Shown here: piece after piece, positions 50,521-60,579 of the stretch
Layout of the letters: the number at the start of each line of letters is the position of its first letter
How positions within the stretch are numbered: the stretch's first letter is position 1
Assembly (NCBI GenBank): GCA_963676565.1
Contig: OY781089.1
Coordinates: 32,001 to 96,000, forward strand
DNA: 64,000 bases
Source: Halarcobacter sp.
GTDB taxonomy: Bacteria > Campylobacterota > Campylobacteria > Campylobacterales > Arcobacteraceae
Direction: 5' to 3'
The notes under the pieces: generated by a model
What the model was told of the DNA's origin: nothing
What the model saw: the letters and a program-made list of their open reading frames with translations, nothing else
Database searches by the model: none
Program-made: the position numbers and the translations under genes

Positions 50521-51913
50521 AATTAGCAGTGATTGGTTTTTTAAGAATCATTAACATAATAGCAGTAACTACTGCACCTGCTGCAATTGATAATCCATAC
50601 ATTGCTAAATTTGTAACTGCATTTGGGATTGCAAGTACAAAAATACCCCCATGTGGAGCTGCTAATTTACATCCAAATGCCATACTCATAGCACCAGCAA
50701 CTGCAGAACCAGCCATAAGTGATGGAATAACTCTTAATGGATCTTTTACTGCAAAAGGAATAGCACCTTCTGTAATAAAGCAAATACCTAAAACACCTGC
50801 TGCTTTTCCAGCTTGTAATTCTGATTTTTCAAATCTATTTTTTGCAATCATAGTTGCAATAAAAATACCAAGTGGAGGAGTCATACCAGCTGCCATAGCA
50901 GCAGCAATTGGTCCTGTAACACCACTGGCAAGTAATCCAACTGAAACGGTATAGGCAGCTTTATTAACTGGTCCACCCATATCAAAGGCCATCATAAGAC
51001 CAATTATAAGCCCAACTAATACAGCATTTGAACCACTCATACTTTCTAGGAAATGTTTTAATGAATCATTGATATATCCAACTGGCCCACCAACAATATA
51101 AATCATAACTAAACCAACAACTAAAGTTGCAAGTAATGGCACTACTAATACAGGCATTAGTCCTTCAAAATTTTCAGGTAATTTAATATTTTCAACAATC
51201 CATTTTGACACATACCCTGCTAAAAAACCTGCAACAATACCACCTAAGAAACCAGCAGCTATATTAGAAGCTAACATACCACCAATAAGTCCAGGGGCAA
51301 GTCCAGGTCTATCTGCAATAGAAAAGGCAATATATCCAGAAAGAACTGCAACCATAATATGGAATGCTGCACCACCACCAATATCCATTAAGGCTGCTGC
51401 TAAAGTTCCTTTTTCTTTAAAAGCTTCAATACCAAAAACAAATGATAATGCAATTAAAAGTCCTCCTGCAACAACCACTGGAAGCATATATGATACACCA
51501 GTTAAAAGGTGCTTATATGCACCTGTTGTTTGAGATTTTCTTTCACTTTTAATCTCTTTTACTTGCTCTTTTAATGCCGATGAATCTACGCCACTATTTG
51601 AGTGAACTAATGTTGAAGCCAATGCACTACTAATTACTTCATTAGTATTTTTTATTGCTTCACCTGTTGAAGTCTCAAAATATTTTTTACCTTCAAATCT
51701 TGTCATTTCAACATGAGTATCTGCTGCAATTAATACAACATCTGCATTTGAAATTTCCTCTTCTGTTAGTGCATTTTTTGCCCCAACTGAACCTTGAGTT
51801 TCTACTTTTATTTCATGTCCATTGTCAGCTGCAATCTTCTCTAATGCGGAAGCCGCCATAAATGTGTGTGCTATACCTGTAGGACAAGCTGTAATTGCTA
51901 CAATCTTTGCCAT
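50519..51913 (-). CDS. fruA: PTS fructose-specific EIIBC
   Basis: EIIB ACPTGIAHT; EIIC HLLTGVSYMLP, DMGGPVNK, FITEGAIPF, APHGG. Confidence 0.96.
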   Translation of the reverse strand: MAKIVAITACPTGIAHTFMAASALEKIAADNGHEIKVETQGSVGAKNALTEEEISNADVVLIAADTHVEMTRFEGKKYFETSTGEAIKNTNEVISSALASTLVHSNSGVDSSALKEQVKEIKSERKSQTTGAYKHLLTGVSYMLPVVVAGGLLIALSFVFGIEAFKEKGTLAAALMDIGGGAAFHIMVAVLSGYIAFSIADRPGLAPGLIGGMLASNIAAGFLGGIVAGFLAGYVSKWIVENIKLPENFEGLMPVLVVPLLATLVVGLVMIYIVGGPVGYINDSLKHFLESMSGSNAVLVGLIIGLMMAFDMGGPVNKAAYTVSVGLLASGVTGPIAAAMAAGMTPPLGIFIATMIAKNRFEKSELQAGKAAGVLGICFITEGAIPFAVKDPLRVIPSLMAGSAVAGAMSMAFGCKLAAPHGGIFVLAIPNAVTNLAMYGLSIAAGAVVTAIMLMILKKPITAN

Positions 51914-51936
51914 AATTTTCCCTTTATGTAAATTTT

Positions 51937-52881
51937 TTAGTCCAAACTAATTGGAACAACGTCTAGATCATTACTTAGTTTTTTCAACTCCTCCTTGGAT
52001 GATAGGTAGGCACCTATAGTTTTTAATGCATTTAATGAATAAGTTGATGCTAACTTAATACTCTCTTCTAAAGATAATTCATTTATTTTTGAATATACAA
52101 GTCCAGAAAGTAATGCATCCCCCGCTCCAACAGTTGTATTAACTTCAGCTTTTAATGTAACTGCATGAAAAGCCTCTTTTTCATTTACAATTAAAGAACC
52201 CTTTTCACCCATAGAAACACATACAGTTTCAATACCATCATTTATTAAATCTTTTGCTATAGGTAAAATCTCTTTTATCTCACATGAAATATTTTTTGAT
52301 AAAAGTTGTGAAAGTTCATGGTTATTTGGTTTTATTAAATTTGGTTTTGCTTTTATACCATTTATCAAAGCATCACCACTTGCGTCAAAGGCAACCTTTA
52401 TCCCTAATTCATGAGCTTTATTTATCCATTTTTCATAAATATTACTTTCAATTCCCTTTGGTAAACTTCCTGAAAAAACATACCAAGAAGCTTCTTTTTT
52501 TGAAAAAAGTATTTTCTCTAATTTATCTAAATTCTCATCATTTATTTCAAATCCAGCTTGGTTTACATCTGTAACTGTTTTATTTTTAGGGTCAACAATT
52601 TTTACATTTACTCTAGTTTGTGTATCTAAATATATAAATCTATTTTCTATATTTTGTTTTTTAAAAAACTCTTCAAAAATCTCACAGTTTTTTGAACCTA
52701 AAAAACCTGTTGCACCAACTTTTAAATTTGAACTTGCTAAATATGAAGCTACATTTACACCTTTTCCAGCAGCACTATTTTGAAGCTTTTCAACTCTATT
52801 TACACTATCTATTTTAAAATTGTTGATATTTACCGTTTGATCAATTGCAGGGTTTAAGGTAACTGTTAATACATCTAACAT
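51937..52881 (-). CDS. fruK: 1-phosphofructokinase
   Basis: TVTLNPAID, GKGVNVA, IKPNNHEL, TVGAGD. Confidence 0.95.
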   Translation of the reverse strand: MLDVLTVTLNPAIDQTVNINNFKIDSVNRVEKLQNSAAGKGVNVASYLASSNLKVGATGFLGSKNCEIFEEFFKKQNIENRFIYLDTQTRVNVKIVDPKNKTVTDVNQAGFEINDENLDKLEKILFSKKEASWYVFSGSLPKGIESNIYEKWINKAHELGIKVAFDASGDALINGIKAKPNLIKPNNHELSQLLSKNISCEIKEILPIAKDLINDGIETVCVSMGEKGSLIVNEKEAFHAVTLKAEVNTTVGAGDALLSGLVYSKINELSLEESIKLASTYSLNALKTIGAYLSSKEELKKLSNDLDVVPISLD

Positions 52882-52886
52882 AACAG

Positions 52887-55334
52887 TTACTTTTCTAGAA
52901 ATCTAACTTCATCAGAAGTTTGAAGATCTAATGCTTTTAATGCAAGTTCTTCACACTCTTTAAGTGAAGTTTTTCTAATTTCTGATTTTATATTTGCTAT
53001 GGAAGAAGCAGTTACAGATAACTCTTTTACTCCAAGACCTGTTAAGATTTTAGCTGCAAGTGGGTTTGCAGCTAAATTTCCACATACCCCTACCCATTTA
53101 TTCTCTTTTTTTGCAGCATCACAAGTCATCTTGATCATTTTTAAAACAGCAGGATGTAGGGCATCTGCTTTTTTTGCTAAACCTTGATGTCCCCTATCCA
53201 TTGATAATACATATTGAGTTAAATCATTTGTTCCTATTGAGAAGAAATCAGCTTCTTTTATAAAATGCTCAGCCATTAAAACTGCACTTGGCACTTCAAT
53301 CATCATACCAATATCAATTTTTGAAGCACCAACCTCAACTCTAACCTCTTCAGCTATTTTAGAAGCTTCTCTAAACTCTTCTAATAATCCTACCATTGGA
53401 AACATGATTTTTATTGGACCATATTTACTAGCTTGATATATAGCCCTTAATTGCTCTTTAAATAAATCTTTATATTCAAGACACAACCTAATTCCTCTAA
53501 TACCTAAAAATGGATTATCTTCCTTTGGCATATTTAAATAAGGAACAGCTTTATCTCCACCAATATCTAAAGTTCTTACAATTAATGGCAAACCATTTAG
53601 ATGTTGAACCATTTTCTTATAAGCTTGAAATTGTTCTGTTTCATTAGGAGCACTATCTCTTTCTAAAAATAAAAATTCTGTTCTTAGAAGTCCAACACCT
53701 TCAGCTCCATTATTAACTGCTTCTAAGGCTGCATCGGCATTGGCAATATTTGCAACAATTTCCATTCTATGTTTATCTTTTGTAATTGCAGGTTCAAATC
53801 TTTTGGCAAACTCTTTTTCTTTTTGAATCTCTTCTTGTTCTTTTATTTTTTTTGCTAAGTCTAAATCATTTTTTGTAGGATTTATAACTAAAATTCCTGA
53901 ATCCCCATCGGCAATTGCATTTTGTGAACTAATATTTAAAACACCCTCTCCTGCACCAGCAATTGATGGAATTCCCATAGATCTTGCTAAAATTGCTGTG
54001 TGTGAAGTACTTCCACCCTTTGCAGTTACTATTGCTAAAACCTTTTGTTTATCAAGTTTTGAAGTTTCAGATGGTGTCATATCTAAAGATATTAAAATTG
54101 AAGGTTCTTTTATATCAATTTTTGTAGATTTAATTGCATTTTCATCTAAATATCTTAAAACTCTTTTACCAATATCTTTAATATCATTTGCCCTTTGGGA
54201 TAACCTTAAATCATTTAATGAACTTAATGCTTTCATTTCATCTTTTATAATTTCCCACCATGTATATTCTGCACTTACACCTTCAACAATTGCATTTAAA
54301 GCTTTGTTTTGTAATTCTGGGTCTTTTATTAAACTTAGGTGAGCGATAAAAATATCCATTCTATTTTTATCAACTGTTTCATGCTTTTTATGTAACCATT
54401 GGTTTAAATCATATGCAGCTTTATCTAAAGCATTTCTTAGTTTTTTTCTCTCTTCATGGGGAGATTTACCCTCTTTTTTTATCTCTATTGTATCTTCATT
54501 TAAAACAATCACTGGGCCAAGTGCCATTCCAGGAGCTGCTGGAATCCCTTCTATTTTATCACCTTGATATTCCCTTTTAGCAATTTCAGTTTTAAGCTCT
54601 TCACTATTTTTTTCACCCATTCCACCATTTACTAAATTCACCAAAGCTTCTAAAGCTTCCTTCTCATCTTTACCTTTTGTTGAAATTATAAAAGTGCTTT
54701 TTCCTGTAATTCCAAGTTTTAAGATAGAAGCTACAGATTTTCCATTTGCTACTTTTTCATTAAACTCTATTTGAACTTCACAATTATATTTACTAGCTTC
54801 ATCAACAAATAAAGATGCAGGTCGTGCATGAAAACCAACTGCACCTGGAAATACCACTTCTTTTTTTGTATCAAAATGTTCTATTTTTTGATTATCTTCT
54901 TTTTTTTCATTTGTATTTAAAGTATTTAGTATAAGGTTAATATCTTTTGTAGTTGCTAGTTTTTTTGCTGCATCATCATCCATTAGAAGATTTGTAAGTT
55001 GTGATAATATTTCAATATGCTCATCACTTTTTGCTGCAATCCCTACAATTATATATGCTTTTTCATCATCTTTCCATACTACACCATCTGGAATTTGTAA
55101 AACAGCAATCCCTGTCTTTAATATAAGATTTCTATTTTCTTGAAGTCCATGGGGGATACAAATACCATTTCCTAAATATGTATTTGAGATCTCTTCTCTG
55201 CCAAAGATAGAGTCAATATAAGCAGTTTTTATATAACCACCATCAACAAGAAGTTTCCCAACCTCTTCTATCGCCTTCTTTTTCGAGTCAATATTAGATC
55301 CTAATTTGACCATATTTTTTTCTAGTTCTAGCAT
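52887..55334 (-). CDS. fruB: Multiphosphoryl transfer protein EIIA(Fru)-HPr-Enzyme I
   Basis: EIIA ICIPHG, HPr GFHARPA, Enzyme I TSHTAILAR, GLLRTEFLF, SIGTNDL, GVCG. Confidence 0.95.
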   Translation of the reverse strand: MLELEKNMVKLGSNIDSKKKAIEEVGKLLVDGGYIKTAYIDSIFGREEISNTYLGNGICIPHGLQENRNLILKTGIAVLQIPDGVVWKDDEKAYIIVGIAAKSDEHIEILSQLTNLLMDDDAAKKLATTKDINLILNTLNTNEKKEDNQKIEHFDTKKEVVFPGAVGFHARPASLFVDEASKYNCEVQIEFNEKVANGKSVASILKLGITGKSTFIISTKGKDEKEALEALVNLVNGGMGEKNSEELKTEIAKREYQGDKIEGIPAAPGMALGPVIVLNEDTIEIKKEGKSPHEERKKLRNALDKAAYDLNQWLHKKHETVDKNRMDIFIAHLSLIKDPELQNKALNAIVEGVSAEYTWWEIIKDEMKALSSLNDLRLSQRANDIKDIGKRVLRYLDENAIKSTKIDIKEPSILISLDMTPSETSKLDKQKVLAIVTAKGGSTSHTAILARSMGIPSIAGAGEGVLNISSQNAIADGDSGILVINPTKNDLDLAKKIKEQEEIQKEKEFAKRFEPAITKDKHRMEIVANIANADAALEAVNNGAEGVGLLRTEFLFLERDSAPNETEQFQAYKKMVQHLNGLPLIVRTLDIGGDKAVPYLNMPKEDNPFLGIRGIRLCLEYKDLFKEQLRAIYQASKYGPIKIMFPMVGLLEEFREASKIAEEVRVEVGASKIDIGMMIEVPSAVLMAEHFIKEADFFSIGTNDLTQYVLSMDRGHQGLAKKADALHPAVLKMIKMTCDAAKKENKWVGVCGNLAANPLAAKILTGLGVKELSVTASSIANIKSEIRKTSLKECEELALKALDLQTSDEVRFLEK

Positions 55335-55418
55335 TTCTTTTCCCTTATTTACTAAAAAACATTTTTAATTACATTTTCCTATATTCAAATTATGACAACA
55401 ATGAATTTAATAGAAACT

Positions 55419-55449
55419 TAAACAAACGTTTGAATTAAACAATTGTTTA
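55419..55449. promoter_or_regulatory. Tandem TAAAC-N4-GTTTR operators between fruB and the TetR gene
   Basis: TAAACAAACGTTTG (55419-32) and the perfect palindrome TAAACAATTGTTTA (55436-49). Confidence 0.65.
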
Positions 55450-55501
55450 TATAACCTTTTATTTGTTATAATCCCTTTGAATAAATTATAAAAGAGAAAA
55501 A

Positions 55502-56200
55502 TTGTTTGAAATTAAAGATAATCATTTAAAATTGTTCGAAGAATTTAATCTTGAAAATACAAGAGATAGACTTATTAAAAATGCAATGGAGATGTTTGCT
55601 GAGCAAGGTTATGATAAAACCTCTGTTAGGGAACTTGCCCGTAAATCTGATGCAAATATTGCTGCAATAAATTATCACTTTGGCGGGAAAGAAGGACTTT
55701 ATCAAGCTGTGCTTGAATACATAGTAGATTACATGGATTCTTGGGCAATGCCCCTTGTAAATGCCTATGATGATTTTTTAAAAGAACAAAATGGAACCTT
55801 TGAGATGAATAAAACTATCAATTGGATTGAAGAGTTTATTGATACTTTTATAACAAGAGCTTTTGAGTCATACGAATCAAATATCCTACTTCATAAAATT
55901 ATTGTTAGAGAACAATTAAAACCAAGTCTTGGTTTTAACAAAATATATAGCATGGCCTCTTTGAAACTAGCTGAACATATTATTAGTGATTTATTAAGTA
56001 AAATCTCTGATGCAAATGAGGATAAGATTATCATCTATACAAACTCTATTATAGGTCTTATGCATAGATTTGTTTCTGCAAATAGTTCTGTTAGAGCAGA
56101 ATTAAATGTTAAAGATTTTACTAAATCTCAAAAACAAGATATTAAAGAGCTTATTATCTATCAAGTAAAAAATACCCTCTTACAATTTTTAAAAGGGTAA
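55502..56200 (+). CDS. TetR family regulator (CecR/PsrA-like)
   Basis: HTH TSVRELARKSDANIAAINYHFGGKEGLY; REQLKPS. Confidence 0.9.
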   Translation: MFEIKDNHLKLFEEFNLENTRDRLIKNAMEMFAEQGYDKTSVRELARKSDANIAAINYHFGGKEGLYQAVLEYIVDYMDSWAMPLVNAYDDFLKEQNGTFEMNKTINWIEEFIDTFITRAFESYESNILLHKIIVREQLKPSLGFNKIYSMASLKLAEHIISDLLSKISDANEDKIIIYTNSIIGLMHRFVSANSSVRAELNVKDFTKSQKQDIKELIIYQVKNTLLQFLKG

Positions 56201-57142
56201 ATATATTTTATCAACTAACTCTTCAAACTCGCTAGTGGCATCTGAGTCACAAGTTATTCCACCACCACTTTTATAGAAAAACTCTCCATCTTTATTTTTT
56301 TCAATAAATCGAATCATAACTGCACTATTTAAGGTTTTATTTTCATACACACCAAAAACTCCAGTATAAAAATCTCTTTCATAGTTTTCACATTTTTTTA
56401 AAATCTCAACTGTTTTTTTCTTTGGACAACCAGTAATAGAACCAGCAGGTAGAATTGAAGTTAGAATATCCCCTATTCTCTCATTCCAATCTTCTTCAAG
56501 ATGTCCTGAGATTTTTGAACTTACTTGTAGAAGTTTTTTCTCCCCAGCATTAATCTTATCAATATATCTAAATTTATCAACCCTGATTTTTTTGGCAACT
56601 ATTCCTAGGTCATTTCTTAATAAATCAACAACCATAGTATGTTCAGCCATCTCTTTTTTATCACCTAAAATCATAGCTTCTGCATTTGGAATTTTTGAGT
56701 CAATTGTTCCTTTCATAGGATATGTATATATTTTATTTTTCTTAATTTCTATAAATTTTTCTGGAGAAAAACACACAAAATCATCAAAAAATTTTAATTT
56801 GAATTTTGCATTTGCTTTTTCATAAATCTCATCTAAGGATAGTTTTGGGTCTATTTTAGTTTTAGAAGTTAAGTTTAAGAGGTATGAATTCCCAAGTCTT
56901 ATATTCTCTTGTATAAAATCAAATCTTTTTTTATACTCCTCATAGGAGATTGGCTCTTTAATAATTCTATGTTTTTTTGAGATTTTAGAAGAGACTTTTT
57001 CATCTATACTATATTTTATATCAGAAGGAAGTTCTTTTAGAGGTTTTACAAAAAATTTTGATAGGTCATATGAGATACAAAAAAAGAATGGCTCATCTAA
57101 AGAGCCATACTTATTTAATATTTTTTTTAGTTCTTCGTTCAA
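56189..57142 (-). CDS. pabB: Aminodeoxychorismate synthase component I
   Basis: FSPEKF, PMKGT, AEHTMVVDLLRNDL, PAGSITG, SGGGIT. Confidence 0.9.
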   Translation of the reverse strand: MNEELKKILNKYGSLDEPFFFCISYDLSKFFVKPLKELPSDIKYSIDEKVSSKISKKHRIIKEPISYEEYKKRFDFIQENIRLGNSYLLNLTSKTKIDPKLSLDEIYEKANAKFKLKFFDDFVCFSPEKFIEIKKNKIYTYPMKGTIDSKIPNAEAMILGDKKEMAEHTMVVDLLRNDLGIVAKKIRVDKFRYIDKINAGEKKLLQVSSKISGHLEEDWNERIGDILTSILPAGSITGCPKKKTVEILKKCENYERDFYTGVFGVYENKTLNSAVMIRFIEKNKDGEFFYKSGGGITCDSDATSEFEELVDKIYLPF

Positions 57143-57145
57143 ATC

Positions 57146-58033
57146 TTATTTTTTTTGATCTGCTATAAGTTTTTTTAAAATTGCCATTCTAACAGCAACT
57201 CCATTTGTAACTTGTTCTAAAACTTTGTTTCTTGGATCAATTAACATCTCATCAGAGATATCAACATTCCTATTTACTGGACCTGGGTGTAATAATAGAA
57301 TATCTCTATCACCAAAAGTCTCTTTTGTAATACAATAATCTTTTGCATATTCTTGTAAAGAAGCAAAATATATTTCATTATGTCTTTCAAGCTGAGTTCT
57401 TAAACTCATTACAACATCAACTTCATCAATAACTTCTGAAATATGATCATATTGCTTAAATTCTCCTGTGTCATCTTTAAAGCAATCAGGGGCAACAAAA
57501 CAAACATCTATTCCAAATCTAGGAAGAAGTCTTTTATTTGAACCTGCAACTCTTGAAGTTCTTACATCACCAACAATTGCAATTTTTTTACCTTCTGTTT
57601 TACCATCAAAATGTTCCATAATAGTAAAAAGATCTAATAAAGCTTGAGTAGGATGGGCATTATTACCATCTCCAGCATTTATAATAGGACAATCTACATA
57701 ATCAACTAAACTTGCAGGTAAGCCACTTTCAGAGTGTCTAATAATAATTGCATCAGGTTTTGTGGCATTAATATTTGCAACTGTATCAAAAGTAGTTTCA
57801 CCTTTATTAATTGAAGACGTAGCTAGATCAAGTGCAATTATTTCTGCTCCTAACCTTTTTGCTGCTGTTTCAAATGCACTTCTCGTTCTTGTTGAATTTT
57901 CAAAAAACAAAACAACAATTATCTTACCTTTTAGAATCTCTCTTGATTCCATATCCAAAAATTCTCTAGCATCATCATAAAGTTCAAGTATTTCTTCTTT
58001 TGTAAAGTCACTAGTTGATATTAAATGCTGCAT
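57146..58033 (-). CDS. pyrB: Aspartate carbamoyltransferase catalytic subunit
   Basis: FFENSTRT, HPTQALLD, RTQLER, LHPGP. Confidence 0.97.
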   Translation of the reverse strand: MQHLISTSDFTKEEILELYDDAREFLDMESREILKGKIIVVLFFENSTRTRSAFETAAKRLGAEIIALDLATSSINKGETTFDTVANINATKPDAIIIRHSESGLPASLVDYVDCPIINAGDGNNAHPTQALLDLFTIMEHFDGKTEGKKIAIVGDVRTSRVAGSNKRLLPRFGIDVCFVAPDCFKDDTGEFKQYDHISEVIDEVDVVMSLRTQLERHNEIYFASLQEYAKDYCITKETFGDRDILLLHPGPVNRNVDISDEMLIDPRNKVLEQVTNGVAVRMAILKKLIADQKK

Positions 58034-58201
58034 TTTCCACCTTTAATTTTGATTTTGATTTTAGCTAAAAGCAGATTAATAAATATTTACATTCTCAAAT
58101 ATTTTCATGTTTGTTTATATCTTAATAAAAGAACTTGAAAATGTTAATTTTCTGTTTAAATAAATTAGATATAATTTCATCCAATAAAACAAGGAAAACT
58201 T

Positions 58202-59386
58202 ATGTTAGAACAATTAGATAAACAATACGTATTAAATACTTATCCAAGAAATTACATAAACTTTAAAAAAGGTATTAATGCAACACTATATGATGAAAAC
58301 AATAAAGACTATATAGATTTCACTTCTGGTATTGGTGTTGTATCTGTTGGTCATGGAAATAAAGAGCTTGCTGATGCAATTTATGAACAAGTTAAAAACA
58401 TCACACATATTTCCAATTTATATGCAATAGAACCACAAGCAAAGCTTGGTGAAAAGATTGCCAAACTGTCAAATATGGATGTTGCTACATTTTTTGCAAA
58501 CTCAGGAGCTGAGGCAAATGAAGGTGCTATTAAATTAGCAAGAAAATATGGTGAGACTAAATTTGATAAAAAGAAATATAAAGTTATAACTTTAGAACAC
58601 TCTTTTCATGGAAGAACAATCACAACTGTAAAGGCAACAGGACAAAGCTCTTTTCATAATCCTAGTTTTGCCCCTTACCCAGAAGGTTTTTCTTTTAATA
58701 GTGCCATTGAAGATATTTATAATTCAATTGATGATGAAACAGTTGCAGTTATGATTGAACTTGTTCAAGGTGAAGGTGGAGTACAACCATTTGATAAAAA
58801 AGAGATTCAAGAATTAGCAAAATTTTTAAAAGAGCAAAATATACTTTTAATAATTGATGAAGTTCAAACAGGGATATATAGAACTGGAGAATTTCTAGCA
58901 ACTAACCTTTATGAAATTGAACCAGATATTATAACCCTAGCGAAAGGTTTAGGTGGTGGTGTTCCAATTGGAGCAGTGGTAACAAAACATAAAGATATCT
59001 TTGTTCCAGGCGATCATGGTTCTACATTTGGAGGAAACTATCTATCAACTGCAAGTGCAAATAAAGTTTTAGATATTTTAGATGAGTATAAAAACTCAGG
59101 TGCTTTAGATGAAGCTATAATCTATTTTGGTAATAAACTATCAGAAATATATAAAAAATATCCAAATATATTCACTTCTGAAGTTGGTTTAGGATTAATG
59201 AGAGGATTAAGAGCAAAAGATAGTGAAACTCTTCAAAAAGTTATAAAAAACTGTTTCGAAGAAGGTGTTCTTGTTTTAAAAGCAGGTAAAAATACTATGA
59301 GACTTTTACCTCCATTAACAATCACAAAAGATGAGATTAACATAGGATTTGAAAGGCTAGATAATGCACTCTCAAAAATTAAATAG
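58202..59386 (+). CDS. argD: Acetylornithine aminotransferase (class III)
   Basis: NSGAEANE, SFHGRT, DEVQTG, LAKGLGGG, HGSTFGG. Confidence 0.9.
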   Translation: MLEQLDKQYVLNTYPRNYINFKKGINATLYDENNKDYIDFTSGIGVVSVGHGNKELADAIYEQVKNITHISNLYAIEPQAKLGEKIAKLSNMDVATFFANSGAEANEGAIKLARKYGETKFDKKKYKVITLEHSFHGRTITTVKATGQSSFHNPSFAPYPEGFSFNSAIEDIYNSIDDETVAVMIELVQGEGGVQPFDKKEIQELAKFLKEQNILLIIDEVQTGIYRTGEFLATNLYEIEPDIITLAKGLGGGVPIGAVVTKHKDIFVPGDHGSTFGGNYLSTASANKVLDILDEYKNSGALDEAIIYFGNKLSEIYKKYPNIFTSEVGLGLMRGLRAKDSETLQKVIKNCFEEGVLVLKAGKNTMRLLPPLTITKDEINIGFERLDNALSKIK

Positions 59387-60551
59387 TCTATTTTTAGTAT
59401 CTTTTTTAACATTTTCTTTAGGCTTAAATGCCCAAGATAAATTAGATGAAAATATACTTTCAAAAGATAGACTTAATCTTTTTGAATACAATAGTAAAAA
59501 AAATGAAGAAAATAGTTCTAAGTTAAAAAAAGATTGGGTTAATCCTATAACCCTATCTTTTGCAAAAAGTTATACAGATACAAATAATACTACAACTAGT
59601 TCTATTAGTATAAATCAACCTATATTTAAAAGTGGGGGAATCTATTCAGCTATTAAATATGCAAATGCAACTTATGAGTATAATAATTTTGATATAGAAC
59701 TTCAGAAAAAAGAGTTAATTAAAACAGCAACTACTTTACTTTTTAATTTAAATATTATTGATTTAAATATTAAAAAAAATGAATTACTACTAAAAAATAA
59801 AGAGATTGAAGTTCAAAGAAAAAAAGAACAAGTAATGAACGGCTTTTTAGATACTTCTTCTTTAGACAATGCAATTATTGATGCGAATTCTATTAAAAAC
59901 AACCTTGCAGATTTATATTATCAAAAAGAGGAGTTAAACTATAACTTTTCAAATATTGCAAGTGGTGATTATAAAAGCTTTGAACTTCCTGTATTATCAT
60001 TAAACGATGAAAATACTTATTTAAAAAACAATTTAGAATTAGCAAAAGCAAAAGCAGATATTGAACAAAATGATAATTTTGTAGATATGACTATATCAAA
60101 ATATTTGCCTCAAGTAAATGCAAATTTTAACCATAAACAAAACCATGAAAAAGATAATGGCTTTCCAACAAATGAAAATGTAAATAGCTATGGTTTTTCA
60201 GTTTCTATTCCTTTAGATATTAGAACTTTTAATGATATTGAAACCCAAAGAATCAATTATTTAAGTTCTAAATTAAACCTAAAGAATCAAGAATTAGAAG
60301 AGAAAAACTTTTATAGAACTAAACTTTCTAAAATAAAAATGTATGATAATAAAAAAGAGATTGCAAAAAGTGATTATGAACTTTATAGTTCTTTATTAGA
60401 AGTTATTATTGAAGAAAGAGATGCACAATTAAAAACACAAAGTGATGTTGATATTCTAAAAAATTCACAAGAGATTAGATCAATTGAATTAAATATTTTA
60501 GAACTTCAAAAACAAATAGAACTTCTTGAACTATACGCTAAAATGAGCTAA
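59364..60551 (+). CDS. TolC-like outer membrane efflux family protein
   Basis: Signal peptide; SINQPIF and YLPQVNA...VSIPL beta motifs; coiled coils. Confidence 0.7.
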   Translation: MHSQKLNSLFLVSFLTFSLGLNAQDKLDENILSKDRLNLFEYNSKKNEENSSKLKKDWVNPITLSFAKSYTDTNNTTTSSISINQPIFKSGGIYSAIKYANATYEYNNFDIELQKKELIKTATTLLFNLNIIDLNIKKNELLLKNKEIEVQRKKEQVMNGFLDTSSLDNAIIDANSIKNNLADLYYQKEELNYNFSNIASGDYKSFELPVLSLNDENTYLKNNLELAKAKADIEQNDNFVDMTISKYLPQVNANFNHKQNHEKDNGFPTNENVNSYGFSVSIPLDIRTFNDIETQRINYLSSKLNLKNQELEEKNFYRTKLSKIKMYDNKKEIAKSDYELYSSLLEVIIEERDAQLKTQSDVDILKNSQEIRSIELNILELQKQIELLELYAKMS

Positions 60552-60579
60552 AGATAAGAAGTTATTACTTCTTATCTTT
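60550..60579. terminator. Bidirectional hairpin between the tolC-like gene and pyk
   Basis: Inverted repeat AAAGATAAGAAGT / ACTTCTTATCTTT. Confidence 0.65.

Noticed and set aside
50470..56200. att sites or target-site duplication flanking the fructose island
   Set aside because: Only generic TTTTAAAA is shared at the ends, and there is no integrase, transposase or tRNA.
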